From contig JBGPFC010000017.1 in NCBI GenBank assembly GCA_041483195.1, positions 1 through 64,000 on the forward strand: 64,000 nt of DNA, in the 5' to 3' direction. Positions 30,041 to 39,370 of this stretch are shown piece by piece; the stretch's first letter is position 1; each line of letters opens with the position of its first letter. The position numbers and the translations under genes were made by a program. The notes under the pieces were generated by a model. The model ran no database searches. It had not been told where the DNA came from and was given only the letters and a program-made list of their open reading frames with translations. Source of the stretch: Candidatus Eiseniibacteriota bacterium (GTDB lineage Bacteria; Eisenbacteria; RBG-16-71-46).

Positions 30041-30164
30041 GGCGGGACCGGGGAGGGCGGGTGGGCAACTTCCGGGAACCGGCAACCGTCCAATGCTGTT
30101 GTAACTGGAGGCGCCGGGGGTCTCACGACTCCCGGCCGACCACGCTAGCACAGGGAGAACCTCA

Positions 30165-31184
30165 ATGCGCAGGCAGTCAGGATTCTGGGTGGCCGCAGTG
30201 AGCGCGCTCGCGCTCGGATCGCTCGTCGTCTCGGCGACCCGCTCATCCGCAGATGACGATTCACCGGCGTGGCTCGGGGTGTACTCGCAGACGCTCACCC
30301 CCGAGTTGCGCGAAGGCCTGGGATACAACGGCGACGGAGCGATCGTGACGAGCGTCGTGCCCGACAGCCCCGCCGATCGCGCGGGATTGAAGCAGGGCGA
30401 CGTCATCGTCGGCTTCAACTCCACCACGATCGCTTCATCCAGCGGTCTCGCTCGCGCGGTGAGCGCGGAGGCGGCAGGAAAATCGGTATCGCTGCGCATC
30501 GTTCGCGACAAGACGCGACGCACGCTCACCGCGACGCTCGCGGCGCGGCCCGAGGACGATGAAACGCCCGAATGGAACGAGGCGCCCGAGACGCCGGAGC
30601 CTCCCGACGCACCCGCCGCGCCCGCGGCGCCGCGCGCGCCGCGGATCCGGGAGTTCACTTTCAAGAACGGCGACGGGAATTTCTCGTTCGAGGGTCTCGG
30701 GAGAGGGCTCGGCATGCTGGGCATGGGCCGCGGCCGGCTGGGCGTCCGCGTCGAGAGCCTGAATCCCGATCTGGGCGGCTACTTCGGCGTGAAGGACGGC
30801 AAGGGCGTGCTCGTGATCGAGGTGCTCAAGGACACGCCCGCCGAACGCGCCGGGCTGAAGTCGGGCGACGTCATCACGCGCGTCGGTGACAAGGCGGTCT
30901 ACGACGCCGACGATCTCGTGAGCGCCCTGCGCGACGCAGACAAGCAGGCCACGCTCACCGTGATGCACAAGGGCGCATCGCGCACCGTCACGACCGAGCT
31001 GGCCGAGGCGCCTCACGTGATGCGGATCGATCGCTCGGGACCGCTCGGCATGCGCGACGGCGAGCTGCGGTGGCATTCCACGGACGGCGCGGGCGATCAG
31101 GGCGACGTACGGCGGCAGCTCGATGATTTGCGCCGCGAGTTGCGCGAGCTGCGCGATCAGATCAAGGAGATGAACCACAACTGA
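30165..31184 (+). CDS. Secreted tandem-PDZ protein
   Basis: Signal peptide; two LGV...PA.RAGLK.GDVI PDZ domains; C-terminal coiled coil; no protease domain. Confidence 0.88.
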   Translation: MRRQSGFWVAAVSALALGSLVVSATRSSADDDSPAWLGVYSQTLTPELREGLGYNGDGAIVTSVVPDSPADRAGLKQGDVIVGFNSTTIASSSGLARAVSAEAAGKSVSLRIVRDKTRRTLTATLAARPEDDETPEWNEAPETPEPPDAPAAPAAPRAPRIREFTFKNGDGNFSFEGLGRGLGMLGMGRGRLGVRVESLNPDLGGYFGVKDGKGVLVIEVLKDTPAERAGLKSGDVITRVGDKAVYDADDLVSALRDADKQATLTVMHKGASRTVTTELAEAPHVMRIDRSGPLGMRDGELRWHSTDGAGDQGDVRRQLDDLRRELRELRDQIKEMNHN

Positions 31185-31439
31185 GCGAGGCAGGCAGGCT
31201 CGCCGCCGCCTCGGGGGGGCGCCGTCCAACTCGATCCGCAATATCAGGCTTCTGCAAGGGGCGATGCGGCGGACGGGAAGGAGCAGCGCGGCGCTCCCTC
31301 CAGCGGCGGCGAGCGGGAGGCCCGGCCGGGCGACGACGGCCGGGCTCTCCTTTTGCCATCCGCGGCGCGATGAGCCGCCGCGGATCGCTCCGGTCCGGGC
31401 TTGCGCGCATCCCGAGCGCAGCTTAGCCTCACGGGCCCG

Positions 31440-31946
31440 ATGCCCGCGCCCCGTCCCGTTCGCTTCTGCCCGCGCTGCGCGACGCGCCTCGTCAGGCGCG
31501 ACGATCACGGCAGCCCGCGCCCATCCTGCCCCGGCTGCGGATTCATCTACTATCGCAATCCCGCCCCCGCGGCGGGCGTGATTCTCGCGCCGGATCGCAA
31601 CGTGCTGCTGGTGAAGCGGCGTTATGCGCCGCGTCCCGGCGCCTGGTGCCTGCCCGCCGGCTTCATCGAGTACGGCGAGACCCCGGAGCGCTGCGCGCGG
31701 CGCGAGCTGTTCGAGGAAACCGGGATCCGCGTGCGGCTCACGGGATTGTTCGGCGTGTACGCCGGTCTCGACGATCCGCGCGTGCGCTCCGTGCTCATTC
31801 TCTACACCGCGGATCGCGCGAACGGAACGCTCGTGCCCGGCGACGACGCGACGGCGGCGCGCTATTTTTCGCTGGACCGGCTGCCGAAGCGGATCGCCTT
31901 CGAATCGCACCGCAGAGCGCTCGCGCGATTCTCCGCGAACGGCTGA
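31440..31946 (+). CDS. Zinc-ribbon NUDIX hydrolase
   Basis: CPRC...CPGC; GFIEYGETPERCARRELFEETG Nudix box. Confidence 0.92.
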   Translation: MPAPRPVRFCPRCATRLVRRDDHGSPRPSCPGCGFIYYRNPAPAAGVILAPDRNVLLVKRRYAPRPGAWCLPAGFIEYGETPERCARRELFEETGIRVRLTGLFGVYAGLDDPRVRSVLILYTADRANGTLVPGDDATAARYFSLDRLPKRIAFESHRRALARFSANG

Positions 31947-32062
31947 CCGGGCGTACCGCGCATCACCCGCTTCTGGCCCGGTCCTTGCGGTTCTACCGCC
32001 GCACCCCTCACCATAGCGGCACCCCGCGCCCGGTTCGGCGCATCGCCTGGAGTCTCAAAACC

Positions 32063-33397
32063 GTGCAGCGCTACTGGTTTGCCACGCTGATCGTGCTGCT
32101 GCTCGCGCCATCGGGAAGCGCGCGCGCGCAGATGGTCAGTGCACGGCGCACTGCCATGGGTGGCGTGATTCTGACCGGGGGTGGCAGTGGGTTCAGCGGA
32201 CGCAATGTCGCGTATCGCGCCGTGCCCGCCGCGCCCGCGACCGAGCGCACGTTCTCGCTGCCGATCGGGCTCATTCCGTTCCTGGCCGATCTGCCCACCT
32301 TCGATTCCAATGATCCGGACTTCAACGTCTTCGAGCTCACGAACCTCCTCTACAATCCCCCCTGGAACCTCCCGCTGGTCCAGCCGAAGACGCCATCGAG
32401 CGACATCACGGTCGCGGTGAGCAAGAACAGCCTCTCCGCGGACCTCGGCGACATCGCCGCCATCTTCCCGAAGGACCACAGCCGGATCGCTGCCGTCGCC
32501 GAGGCGCCCGCGGTCACGTTCGGAGCGAAGCGGATCTTCTTCGGGCTCGCGCCGCTCGTCGAATACGACAACGATCTGCACCTCAACGACGCGCTGCACG
32601 CGGCCCTGGCCGAGGGCGCGGCGTTCACGCCGCGCACCGAGTACGCGCTGTTCGACAAGGCGCACGGCCAGGTCGCGGCGGGCGCGCAGCTCGGCTGGGC
32701 CGCCCCGGTCATGGAGCGGGGCGACCCGCGCGGCGACGGCGCGGGGCTCTATGCCGGCGTGCGATTCAAGCTGCTCCGCGGCCTCGCGTACGGCGACGCC
32801 GACAACGTCGCGGTCTTCACCACCACCGACACGCTGTTCGGGACCGATCCGGTCGACGTGAGCTATACGGGACGCATGCGCAGCGCCGGGCCGTCGGACG
32901 GGGGCATCGGCGAAGGGTTCGACCTCGGTCTGGTGTGGCTCGCGGGGGGACTCGAGCTGGGCGTTGGCGTCGAGAACGTCGCGACCCGCATCCACTGGCG
33001 CGTGCGGGAGACCCTCGCGTACAGCGACAGCGCGACGGGCGAATACGTCGACAGCACGCTGAGCAAGGGCACGGCCTTCACGAGCCGGGTGCCGACCACC
33101 GTCACCGTGAGCGCGGAAGAGCGCATCGGCCGCGTGCTGGTCGCGGCCGACGTCCTGAGCGGCCTCCATCAGGTCCAGGCGCACCTCGGCGCCGAGCTGT
33201 GGGCCGGCCGGGTCGCGTGGCGGGCGGGGCTCTCGAACGACGCGAACCGCGAGATCCAGTACGCGGGCGGCATCGGGCTGCGCATGGGAGGCGTGGGGCT
33301 CGATCTCGCGGTCGCCTCGCAGAGCCGGAATCTCTCGCGCGAGCGCGGGATCGATCTCGGAGCGGGGCTCACGTTCTACCGAGGGGAAAATCCATGA
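32063..33397 (+). CDS. Putative outer-membrane beta-barrel protein
   Basis: Signal peptide; ARRTAMGG; amphipathic strands; C-terminal GAGLTFY; start approximate (GTG after GGAG). Confidence 0.65.
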   Translation: MQRYWFATLIVLLLAPSGSARAQMVSARRTAMGGVILTGGGSGFSGRNVAYRAVPAAPATERTFSLPIGLIPFLADLPTFDSNDPDFNVFELTNLLYNPPWNLPLVQPKTPSSDITVAVSKNSLSADLGDIAAIFPKDHSRIAAVAEAPAVTFGAKRIFFGLAPLVEYDNDLHLNDALHAALAEGAAFTPRTEYALFDKAHGQVAAGAQLGWAAPVMERGDPRGDGAGLYAGVRFKLLRGLAYGDADNVAVFTTTDTLFGTDPVDVSYTGRMRSAGPSDGGIGEGFDLGLVWLAGGLELGVGVENVATRIHWRVRETLAYSDSATGEYVDSTLSKGTAFTSRVPTTVTVSAEERIGRVLVAADVLSGLHQVQAHLGAELWAGRVAWRAGLSNDANREIQYAGGIGLRMGGVGLDLAVASQSRNLSRERGIDLGAGLTFYRGENP

Positions 33398-33951
33398 ACC
33401 TCCGGCGCCTCGTCCTATGCTGCGGCCTGGCCGCGATGCTGGCCGGCTGCGGCAATCACCGGCTCGTGCTGCGCGTGGACGTGCTCAGCTTCCTGAGCCC
33501 GGCCCAGGCCGGCCAGACGTTCGGGCCGTTGCCGCCGTCGCCCTTCCCCGTGACCTCGGTCCTGGTGAACGACCTCGATGTGAATCTGCTCGAAGGCCTG
33601 AGCGGCGCCGCCGTCGTCCAGAGCGTGACGATCACGACGCGCGCGACCTTCACCGACCTGACCGGATCGGGCGCGGACACGCTGCGCGTCTACCTGAGCG
33701 ACGAGAACACGGATCCGCTCACCACGCCGGCCGCGCTGGTGCTGCCCGTGACGCTGTCCCCCGGGGTCAGCGACACCGTGACCGCGACGCTCGGCGACGA
33801 TCCCCGTGTCGCCGACCTGTTCACGAAGAAGCGCATGCGGATGAGCATCACGACCACGCTGCGCCCGCCCGCGAGCGGGCCCGCCCTGACGGGAAGCCGG
33901 CGGTTGCTCGCGCTCGACGCCGTGGCGATCGCGCGGCGCAAGGACTTCTAG
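33394..33951 (+). CDS. Hypothetical lipoprotein
   Basis: LAGC lipobox; ATGA overlap with upstream gene. Confidence 0.75.
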   Translation: MNLRRLVLCCGLAAMLAGCGNHRLVLRVDVLSFLSPAQAGQTFGPLPPSPFPVTSVLVNDLDVNLLEGLSGAAVVQSVTITTRATFTDLTGSGADTLRVYLSDENTDPLTTPAALVLPVTLSPGVSDTVTATLGDDPRVADLFTKKRMRMSITTTLRPPASGPALTGSRRLLALDAVAIARRKDF

Positions 33952-34063
33952 CCGATCGCGCGGCCCACGCGAGACGCGCCGCCGGATCGCTCCAGCGGCG
34001 CGTTTCGCGTGGCGGCGGCTTCCCGTGTGGGGTCGATGCCTGGATGCGGCGCCCGGGTCCGCC

Positions 34064-35428
34064 TCAGGCCCACGCCTCGGTGCGGCGCGCGCGGTCCTGA
34101 TCGGCGAGCGAGATCGCGAGCAGCGATCCCGCGAGCAGCGCGCGATCCAGGTCGTAGTCCTCGAACGGCATCCCGCTGCGCTTGTTGCTCAGGTTCATCA
34201 CGCCGCACAGCCGGTTGTTGTGGATCAGCGGGACGCAGATGAACGAGTCCGAGTTGTAGGCGTCCTGCCCGGTGTGGTGGACGCCGTTCGCGTCGTCCTT
34301 GACCCGCACGAACAGGGGCTTGCGGTTGTGGGCCACCCAGCCGGCGATGCCCTGGCCGATGCGGACCCTCACCTGCGAGGCCACGGACGGCTCGATGCCG
34401 CGCTGCGCGGCGATGTGGAGCGACTCGCGTGCGTCGTCGAGCAGCATCAGGCTGCAGCGCTCGACGCCGAAGTGGTCGCAGAACCAAGAGACCAGCGTGC
34501 GCGTGAACTCCTCGCGGTCGTGTTCCTGTGACAGCACCTGGCAGACCTCCTTCATGAAGCCCACGGTCTGCTGGAGCGCCTGGAGGCGTTCCTCGGCCGC
34601 GCCGAGACGGGAGTAGGCCTCGTTGAGGTGCTGGGTCGCTGCGGTCGACTGCTCCTCGAGCGCGAACAGCTGGGACTTCACCCGCTCGACCTCGTGCTTG
34701 TACTGCGTCGAATTCTTGTCGAGCAACTCGATCTCGCCCGCCAGCGCCTGCAGCCGGTCGGACTTGGTTCGATTCTCGTTCTCGAGCTGCGCGGCGTGCG
34801 CGCCGAGCCGGCGGATGTGCTCCTGAAATTCCGCGGCCGCCGCGCCCGGCTTCGCGACCGGGGCCCGGCCCGGCGCGCTCTGCGCGCCGCGGTAGAGGTG
34901 CTGCGAGAGCGCGAGCGCCGCGATCGCCTTGAGCGGGATGAGCTCGCCGATCGCCTTGCTGCCGATCGCGTTCTTCTTGTCGCTCGCGATGATCAGCATC
35001 GCGAGCATGTCCTCCTGGTCGGCGAGTGGAACGCAGACGCAGGAGGTCCAGTTCAGGAGCGCACAGAGCGGGCGCAGCGCCTGGGCCTCGACCGCGGGCA
35101 CGTCGTATGAGGGCGAGGACTGCAGCAGCTGGGACAGCAGCGAGCGGCGGTCGGCGTGATTGAAAAATGCACTGGGGTGGAAGAACTTTCGCACGAGGCG
35201 GGCCGGGAGGGAGTCCACCGGCACCCGGACGTCCTTGCGGGACAACCGGCGGCCCTCACGCGAGTAAACGTTGACCAGCGCGTCCTGGCTGACCTCGTAG
35301 AAGGCCAGCGACGCGCGCCAATCCGACCGCACTGCTTGAAGATACCCGAGGAACTCGAACACGACCGCCTCGGTATCCCGTGAGGCGGCAAGGCGCTCGG
35401 AGATGTCACGCAGATCGAATTTCGACAC
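34064..35428 (-). CDS. GAF / coiled-coil / GAF protein
   Basis: C-terminal GQGIAGWVA...SFICVPLI...GVMNLSNK; central coiled coil; RBS GGAGG with GTG. Confidence 0.85.
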   Translation of the reverse strand: MSKFDLRDISERLAASRDTEAVVFEFLGYLQAVRSDWRASLAFYEVSQDALVNVYSREGRRLSRKDVRVPVDSLPARLVRKFFHPSAFFNHADRRSLLSQLLQSSPSYDVPAVEAQALRPLCALLNWTSCVCVPLADQEDMLAMLIIASDKKNAIGSKAIGELIPLKAIAALALSQHLYRGAQSAPGRAPVAKPGAAAAEFQEHIRRLGAHAAQLENENRTKSDRLQALAGEIELLDKNSTQYKHEVERVKSQLFALEEQSTAATQHLNEAYSRLGAAEERLQALQQTVGFMKEVCQVLSQEHDREEFTRTLVSWFCDHFGVERCSLMLLDDARESLHIAAQRGIEPSVASQVRVRIGQGIAGWVAHNRKPLFVRVKDDANGVHHTGQDAYNSDSFICVPLIHNNRLCGVMNLSNKRSGMPFEDYDLDRALLAGSLLAISLADQDRARRTEAWA

Positions 35429-35476
35429 GGTCGCAGCCTCCCTGGAGGAAGTCGGAAGCGAGGTCCACGGTTCAAG

Positions 35477-35491
35477 GCAAGGCGTGTGCCG
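35477..35491 (-). promoter_or_regulatory. Putative sigma54 -24/-12 promoter
   Basis: CGGCAC-ACGCC-TTGC, 48 nt upstream of the GAF gene. Confidence 0.65.
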
Positions 35492-35573
35492 CGCGAGCCC
35501 GGCCGTGCCGAATGCACGAGTCGCGTGCTAGAGTCCGATCTCGCGAACATCGCTTCCACCGCGGGAGAGCGCC

Positions 35574-36794
35574 ATGCCGAAGCTGATTGCCGACCGTCCG
35601 ATCCTCAGCATGAGTTCCGAGCTCGGCCAGGTGATGGCCGCCGCGCGCGCGCGCGAGCAGGCGGGGGAGCGAGTGCTACACCTCGAGCGCGGCGAGCCCG
35701 ACTTCGACACCCCGCCGCACATCGTGGAAGCGCTCGCGGCGGCGGCGCGCGCCGGCGAGACGCACTATCCCGACCCGCGCGGCTCGATGCCGCTCCGCGA
35801 GGCGCTGGTCGAAAAGCTCGCGCGCGAGAACGGCATCCGGTGCGAGCCCGACGACATCGTCATGACGCTGGGCGGGACGCTTGGGTTGTGCCTCGCGTTC
35901 CCGGGCCTGCGCGGCGCCGGCGACGAGCTGCTGGTGCTCTCCCCGCACTGGATGGCGATTCCCAAGCTGGTGGGGTTCGCGGAAGGCGCGCGCTATCGGA
36001 CGCTGCCCGCGTACCTCGAGTTGCTGGAGGGAACGCTGAGCCCGGCCGCACTCGCGGACCGCGTGCGTGCCGCGCTGGGACCCAGGACCCGCGGGATCTA
36101 TCTCAACTCGCCGAACAATCCGACCGGCGCGCTGCTCGATGGTCCGACGCTCGAAGCGCTCGCGTCGGTCGCGATCGAGCGCGATCTGTGGGTGGTGAGC
36201 GACGAGGCTTACGAGCACCTGCTGTTCGACGGCGCGCGCCACGCGAGCATCGCGTCGCTGCCCGGCATGGCGGAGCGCACGCTCAGCGTGTACACGTTCT
36301 CGAAGTCGTATGCGATGACCGGCTGGCGCGTGGGGTACGTCGTCTCGCCCCGGGCGCTGCGTCCGGTCATGGGCCCGCTGCTTTCGTTCTACACCACCCA
36401 CGGCGTGTTTCCGGCGGTGCAGAGCGCGGCGCGCGCGGCGGTCGTCGGACCGCAGGACGCCGTCGAGACCATGCGCCGCGCCTATCAGGAACGCCGCGAT
36501 CTGCTGATCGAGGGGCTTCGCGACCAGAGCGCGGTGCGCATCCCGTCGCCCCGCGGCGCGTTCTACGTGTTCGCCGATGTCTCCGCGGCCCGCGCGGGGC
36601 GCGACATCTGGGATCTGGTACGCGAGTGGATCGCGCTCGGGGTCGCGGTACTGCCCGGCACGGCGTTCGGCCCGGAATGCGGCGACTGGGTGCGGCTCTC
36701 GCTCGCGACGCGGCGCGAAGACATCGTCGAAGCCGCGCGGCGGCTGCGCGAGCACGTGACCGTCACCGCCGGCCCGCGCGCCGCCGGTCGCTGA
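35574..36794 (+). CDS. PLP-dependent aminotransferase class I/II
   Basis: GEPDF, NSPNNPTG, SDEAY, FSKSYAMTGWRVG. Confidence 0.95.
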   Translation: MPKLIADRPILSMSSELGQVMAAARAREQAGERVLHLERGEPDFDTPPHIVEALAAAARAGETHYPDPRGSMPLREALVEKLARENGIRCEPDDIVMTLGGTLGLCLAFPGLRGAGDELLVLSPHWMAIPKLVGFAEGARYRTLPAYLELLEGTLSPAALADRVRAALGPRTRGIYLNSPNNPTGALLDGPTLEALASVAIERDLWVVSDEAYEHLLFDGARHASIASLPGMAERTLSVYTFSKSYAMTGWRVGYVVSPRALRPVMGPLLSFYTTHGVFPAVQSAARAAVVGPQDAVETMRRAYQERRDLLIEGLRDQSAVRIPSPRGAFYVFADVSAARAGRDIWDLVREWIALGVAVLPGTAFGPECGDWVRLSLATRREDIVEAARRLREHVTVTAGPRAAGR

Positions 36795-36806
36795 GCGGGC
36801 GCGGCG

Positions 36807-37184
36807 ATGGGCTACTGCCCGGAATGCGGCGCGTCGTACCCGCCGGCGGTGGCCGCCTGTCCGCGCTGCCGCGTCGTGTTGAGCGCGGACCCGCCGCGCG
36901 GCACGGGCGAGCCGGCGATCGTCCATCGCGTGCCCGACGCGGCGGCCGGAGCCCTGCTCTCCGGCGTGCTCGAGCATCAAGGCATCCACGTGGTGCTGCG
37001 CAGCGCGATGCTGCCCGGCTACGGAGCGGTGCGCCGCGACTGGTCCACGACGGCGTGGGGCGAGATCCTGGTGCCGAGCACGGAGGCCGACGAGGCGCGC
37101 GCGATCATCGCGGACTACCTGGGCGCGCTCGAACGGGGCGGCCAGGTGCGTGACGAAGACGTCGAGGGCGCGGAGCCGGGCTGA
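36807..37184 (+). CDS. Zinc-ribbon plus DUF2007-like small protein
   Basis: CPEC...CPRC; GVLEHQGI...ILVP...ARAII. Confidence 0.75.
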   Translation: MGYCPECGASYPPAVAACPRCRVVLSADPPRGTGEPAIVHRVPDAAAGALLSGVLEHQGIHVVLRSAMLPGYGAVRRDWSTTAWGEILVPSTEADEARAIIADYLGALERGGQVRDEDVEGAEPG

Positions 37185-37219
37185 GGCGAGTCCGCGCGCG
37201 GCGCGGCGTCAGCTCCGCT

Positions 37220-39016
37220 TCACTTCGGCCGCTGCGCCCGCGCCGATCGCATGGTCTGCTGCGCGGGAGCGTCGGCCTCGGCCGTCTCGTCTTCCTCGAC
37301 CTCGATGACGAAGCCGCCCGCCGTCCGCTGCGGCAGGATCACGCGATGGAGCGCGATCGCGAACACGTCGTCCATGGTCTCGACCGGGATCATCTCGAGC
37401 GACTGCCGCACGTCCTCTGGAACGTCGTCGAGATCCTTGAGGTTCGCCGCCGGGAACAGCATCGCACGGAATCCCGCGCGATACGCCGCGAGCGCCTTCT
37501 CGCGCATCCCGCCCACGATCAGCACACGGCCACGCAGGCTGACCTCGCCGGTCATCGCGACGTCGTGACGGATCGGGCGATCGCTCAGCACCGATGCGAT
37601 CACGAGACCCACGGTGATGCCCGCCGATGGGCCGTCCTTGGGCACGCCCGCCGCCGGGAAATGGATGTGAATGTCGTAGTTCGCGAACGTGTCGGCGTCG
37701 ATCTCGAGCATCTCGGCGCGCGAGCGAACGTACGAGTGCGCGGCCTGCACCGATTCCTTCATGACCTCGCCAAGCTGGCCGGTGGTCGTGACGCGTCCGG
37801 CGCCCGGCATCTTGAGCGCCTCGACCACCAGCACCTCCCCGCCGGCCGCCGTCCACGCCAGCCCCGCCGCCACCCCGACCTCGTCGTTCTTGCCCACCAT
37901 CTCGGGCGTGAACACGCGGTGACCCAGGTAGCGCTCGAGCCTCGCGGGGGTCACCCGATGCCGGCGCCCGTCCCCGGTCGCGCGCGCGCGCGCCACCTTG
38001 CGGCACACCGTCGCGATCTGGCGCGACAGGCTGCGCACGCCGGCCTCGAGCGTGTAGTGCCTCACCATGGCGCGCAACGCGTCCTCGGGCAGCGTCACGT
38101 CGCGCTGCGAGAGGCCGTGATCGTGGAGCAGGCGCGGGATGAGGAAGCGCCTCGCGATCTCCAGCTTTTCGTCCTCGCTGTAGCCCGGCACCTCGATGAC
38201 CTCGAGGCGTTCGAGCAGCGCGTCGGGCACCATGTCGACCGAGTTCGCGCACAACAGGAGCACCGCGTGCGAGAGGTCGAACGGGAGCCCGACGTAGTGG
38301 TCGACGAAGTGCGCGTTGCTGTCGGGATCGAGCAGCTCGAGCAGCACCTCGATCACGCCGAGCCCGCCCTCGCCCACGAGGCGATCGACGCCGTCGATCA
38401 TGAGCACCGGATTGCGAACGCCGGCCTCGCGCACCGCGCGCACGATCTTGCCGGGCTGCGCGCCGGGGAGCGTGCGCTCCACGCCTTTGAGATCGCTGGC
38501 GTCGCTGGTGCCCGACACGCTGATGCGGACGAACGGACGCTGCAGCGCCCGCGCCACGGTGGCGCCCAGCGACGACTTGCCGGTGCCGGGCGGACCGATC
38601 AGGCAGAGCGCGGGGCCGGGCAGGTCCGGCTTGAGCCGCCGCACGGCCAGGTACTCGACGACCCGCTCCTTCGCCTTGTCGAGGGCGAGATGGTCGCGCT
38701 CCAGCACCTTCTCGACCTGCTTGAGGTCCGCGTCCTCGGGGGCGCCGCGCTCCCAGGGCAGGGACCAGAGCCATTGCAGGTACGCGCGGATGTGCCCGGA
38801 CTCCGGCGTGCCGGTGGGCAGGCGACGCAACCGGTCCATCTCACGCTGCGCCTGGCGCGTGACATCGACCGGCAGCCGGCTGGGCGGCAGCGATGCAGGC
38901 ATGGAGTCCGCGGCGCCGTTGGTGCCGTTCAGCGGCTCGGTCACGGCGCTCCCCGCGCGCAGGCTCCGCTCTGACTTTCGGGTTCGAAGCGATCGCGTCC
39001 GCAGTGAGCGAGGCAT
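37220..39016 (-). CDS. lon: Lon-family (S16) protease lacking N-domain, degenerate ATPase
   Basis: GPPGTGKS, EAGVR, GLAWT, TGQLGEVMKES, PKDGPSAG, AMTGE, GGMREK; RBS GGAGA. Confidence 0.9.
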   Translation of the reverse strand: MPRSLRTRSLRTRKSERSLRAGSAVTEPLNGTNGAADSMPASLPPSRLPVDVTRQAQREMDRLRRLPTGTPESGHIRAYLQWLWSLPWERGAPEDADLKQVEKVLERDHLALDKAKERVVEYLAVRRLKPDLPGPALCLIGPPGTGKSSLGATVARALQRPFVRISVSGTSDASDLKGVERTLPGAQPGKIVRAVREAGVRNPVLMIDGVDRLVGEGGLGVIEVLLELLDPDSNAHFVDHYVGLPFDLSHAVLLLCANSVDMVPDALLERLEVIEVPGYSEDEKLEIARRFLIPRLLHDHGLSQRDVTLPEDALRAMVRHYTLEAGVRSLSRQIATVCRKVARARATGDGRRHRVTPARLERYLGHRVFTPEMVGKNDEVGVAAGLAWTAAGGEVLVVEALKMPGAGRVTTTGQLGEVMKESVQAAHSYVRSRAEMLEIDADTFANYDIHIHFPAAGVPKDGPSAGITVGLVIASVLSDRPIRHDVAMTGEVSLRGRVLIVGGMREKALAAYRAGFRAMLFPAANLKDLDDVPEDVRQSLEMIPVETMDDVFAIALHRVILPQRTAGGFVIEVEEDETAEADAPAQQTMRSARAQRPK

Positions 39017-39111
39017 GTGATTCTCCAACCGTTCGGGTGAGTTCGAGCGCATCGTTCGGAGGGGAACCAGTGGCCGGAGGGAGCCCGGCCACGCCTACAC
39101 CATTGCGATAA

Positions 39112-39126
39112 GCAAAATCGCGGCCG
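39112..39126 (-). promoter_or_regulatory. Putative sigma54 -24/-12 promoter for the lon paralog
   Basis: CGGCCG-CGATT-TTGC(T). Confidence 0.5.
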
Positions 39127-39261
39127 GGTCCTGGGGATTTTTCCGCGCACGCCCTCCGCTCGACCCACCGCCTTGTCGCGCAGCGGATTGCGCGACCGAC
39201 CCGGGGCCGCGCGTGGCGCGAGCTCTCGGGCCCGGGTGTGGCGACGTGGGTGACGGTCCCT

Positions 39262-39291
39262 TGACGGCGGGGCGTTTTTTTCCCGCCGTCA
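39262..39291. terminator. Inverted repeat, probable terminator of the TPR gene
   Basis: TGACGGCGGG/CCCGCCGTCA 10-bp stem. Confidence 0.4.
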
Positions 39292-39315
39292 CGTGCGAGG
39301 CGGAACGATTGCGAA

Positions 39316-39336
39316 CGCCGTGCAAATTGCACGGCG
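39316..39336. promoter_or_regulatory. Perfect 21-bp palindrome, candidate operator/enhancer
   Basis: CGCCGTGCAA-A-TTGCACGGCG. Confidence 0.4.
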
Positions 39337-39370
39337 CAGGGCAGCGCGCCCGCGCGCCGCGCCCGCTTCG

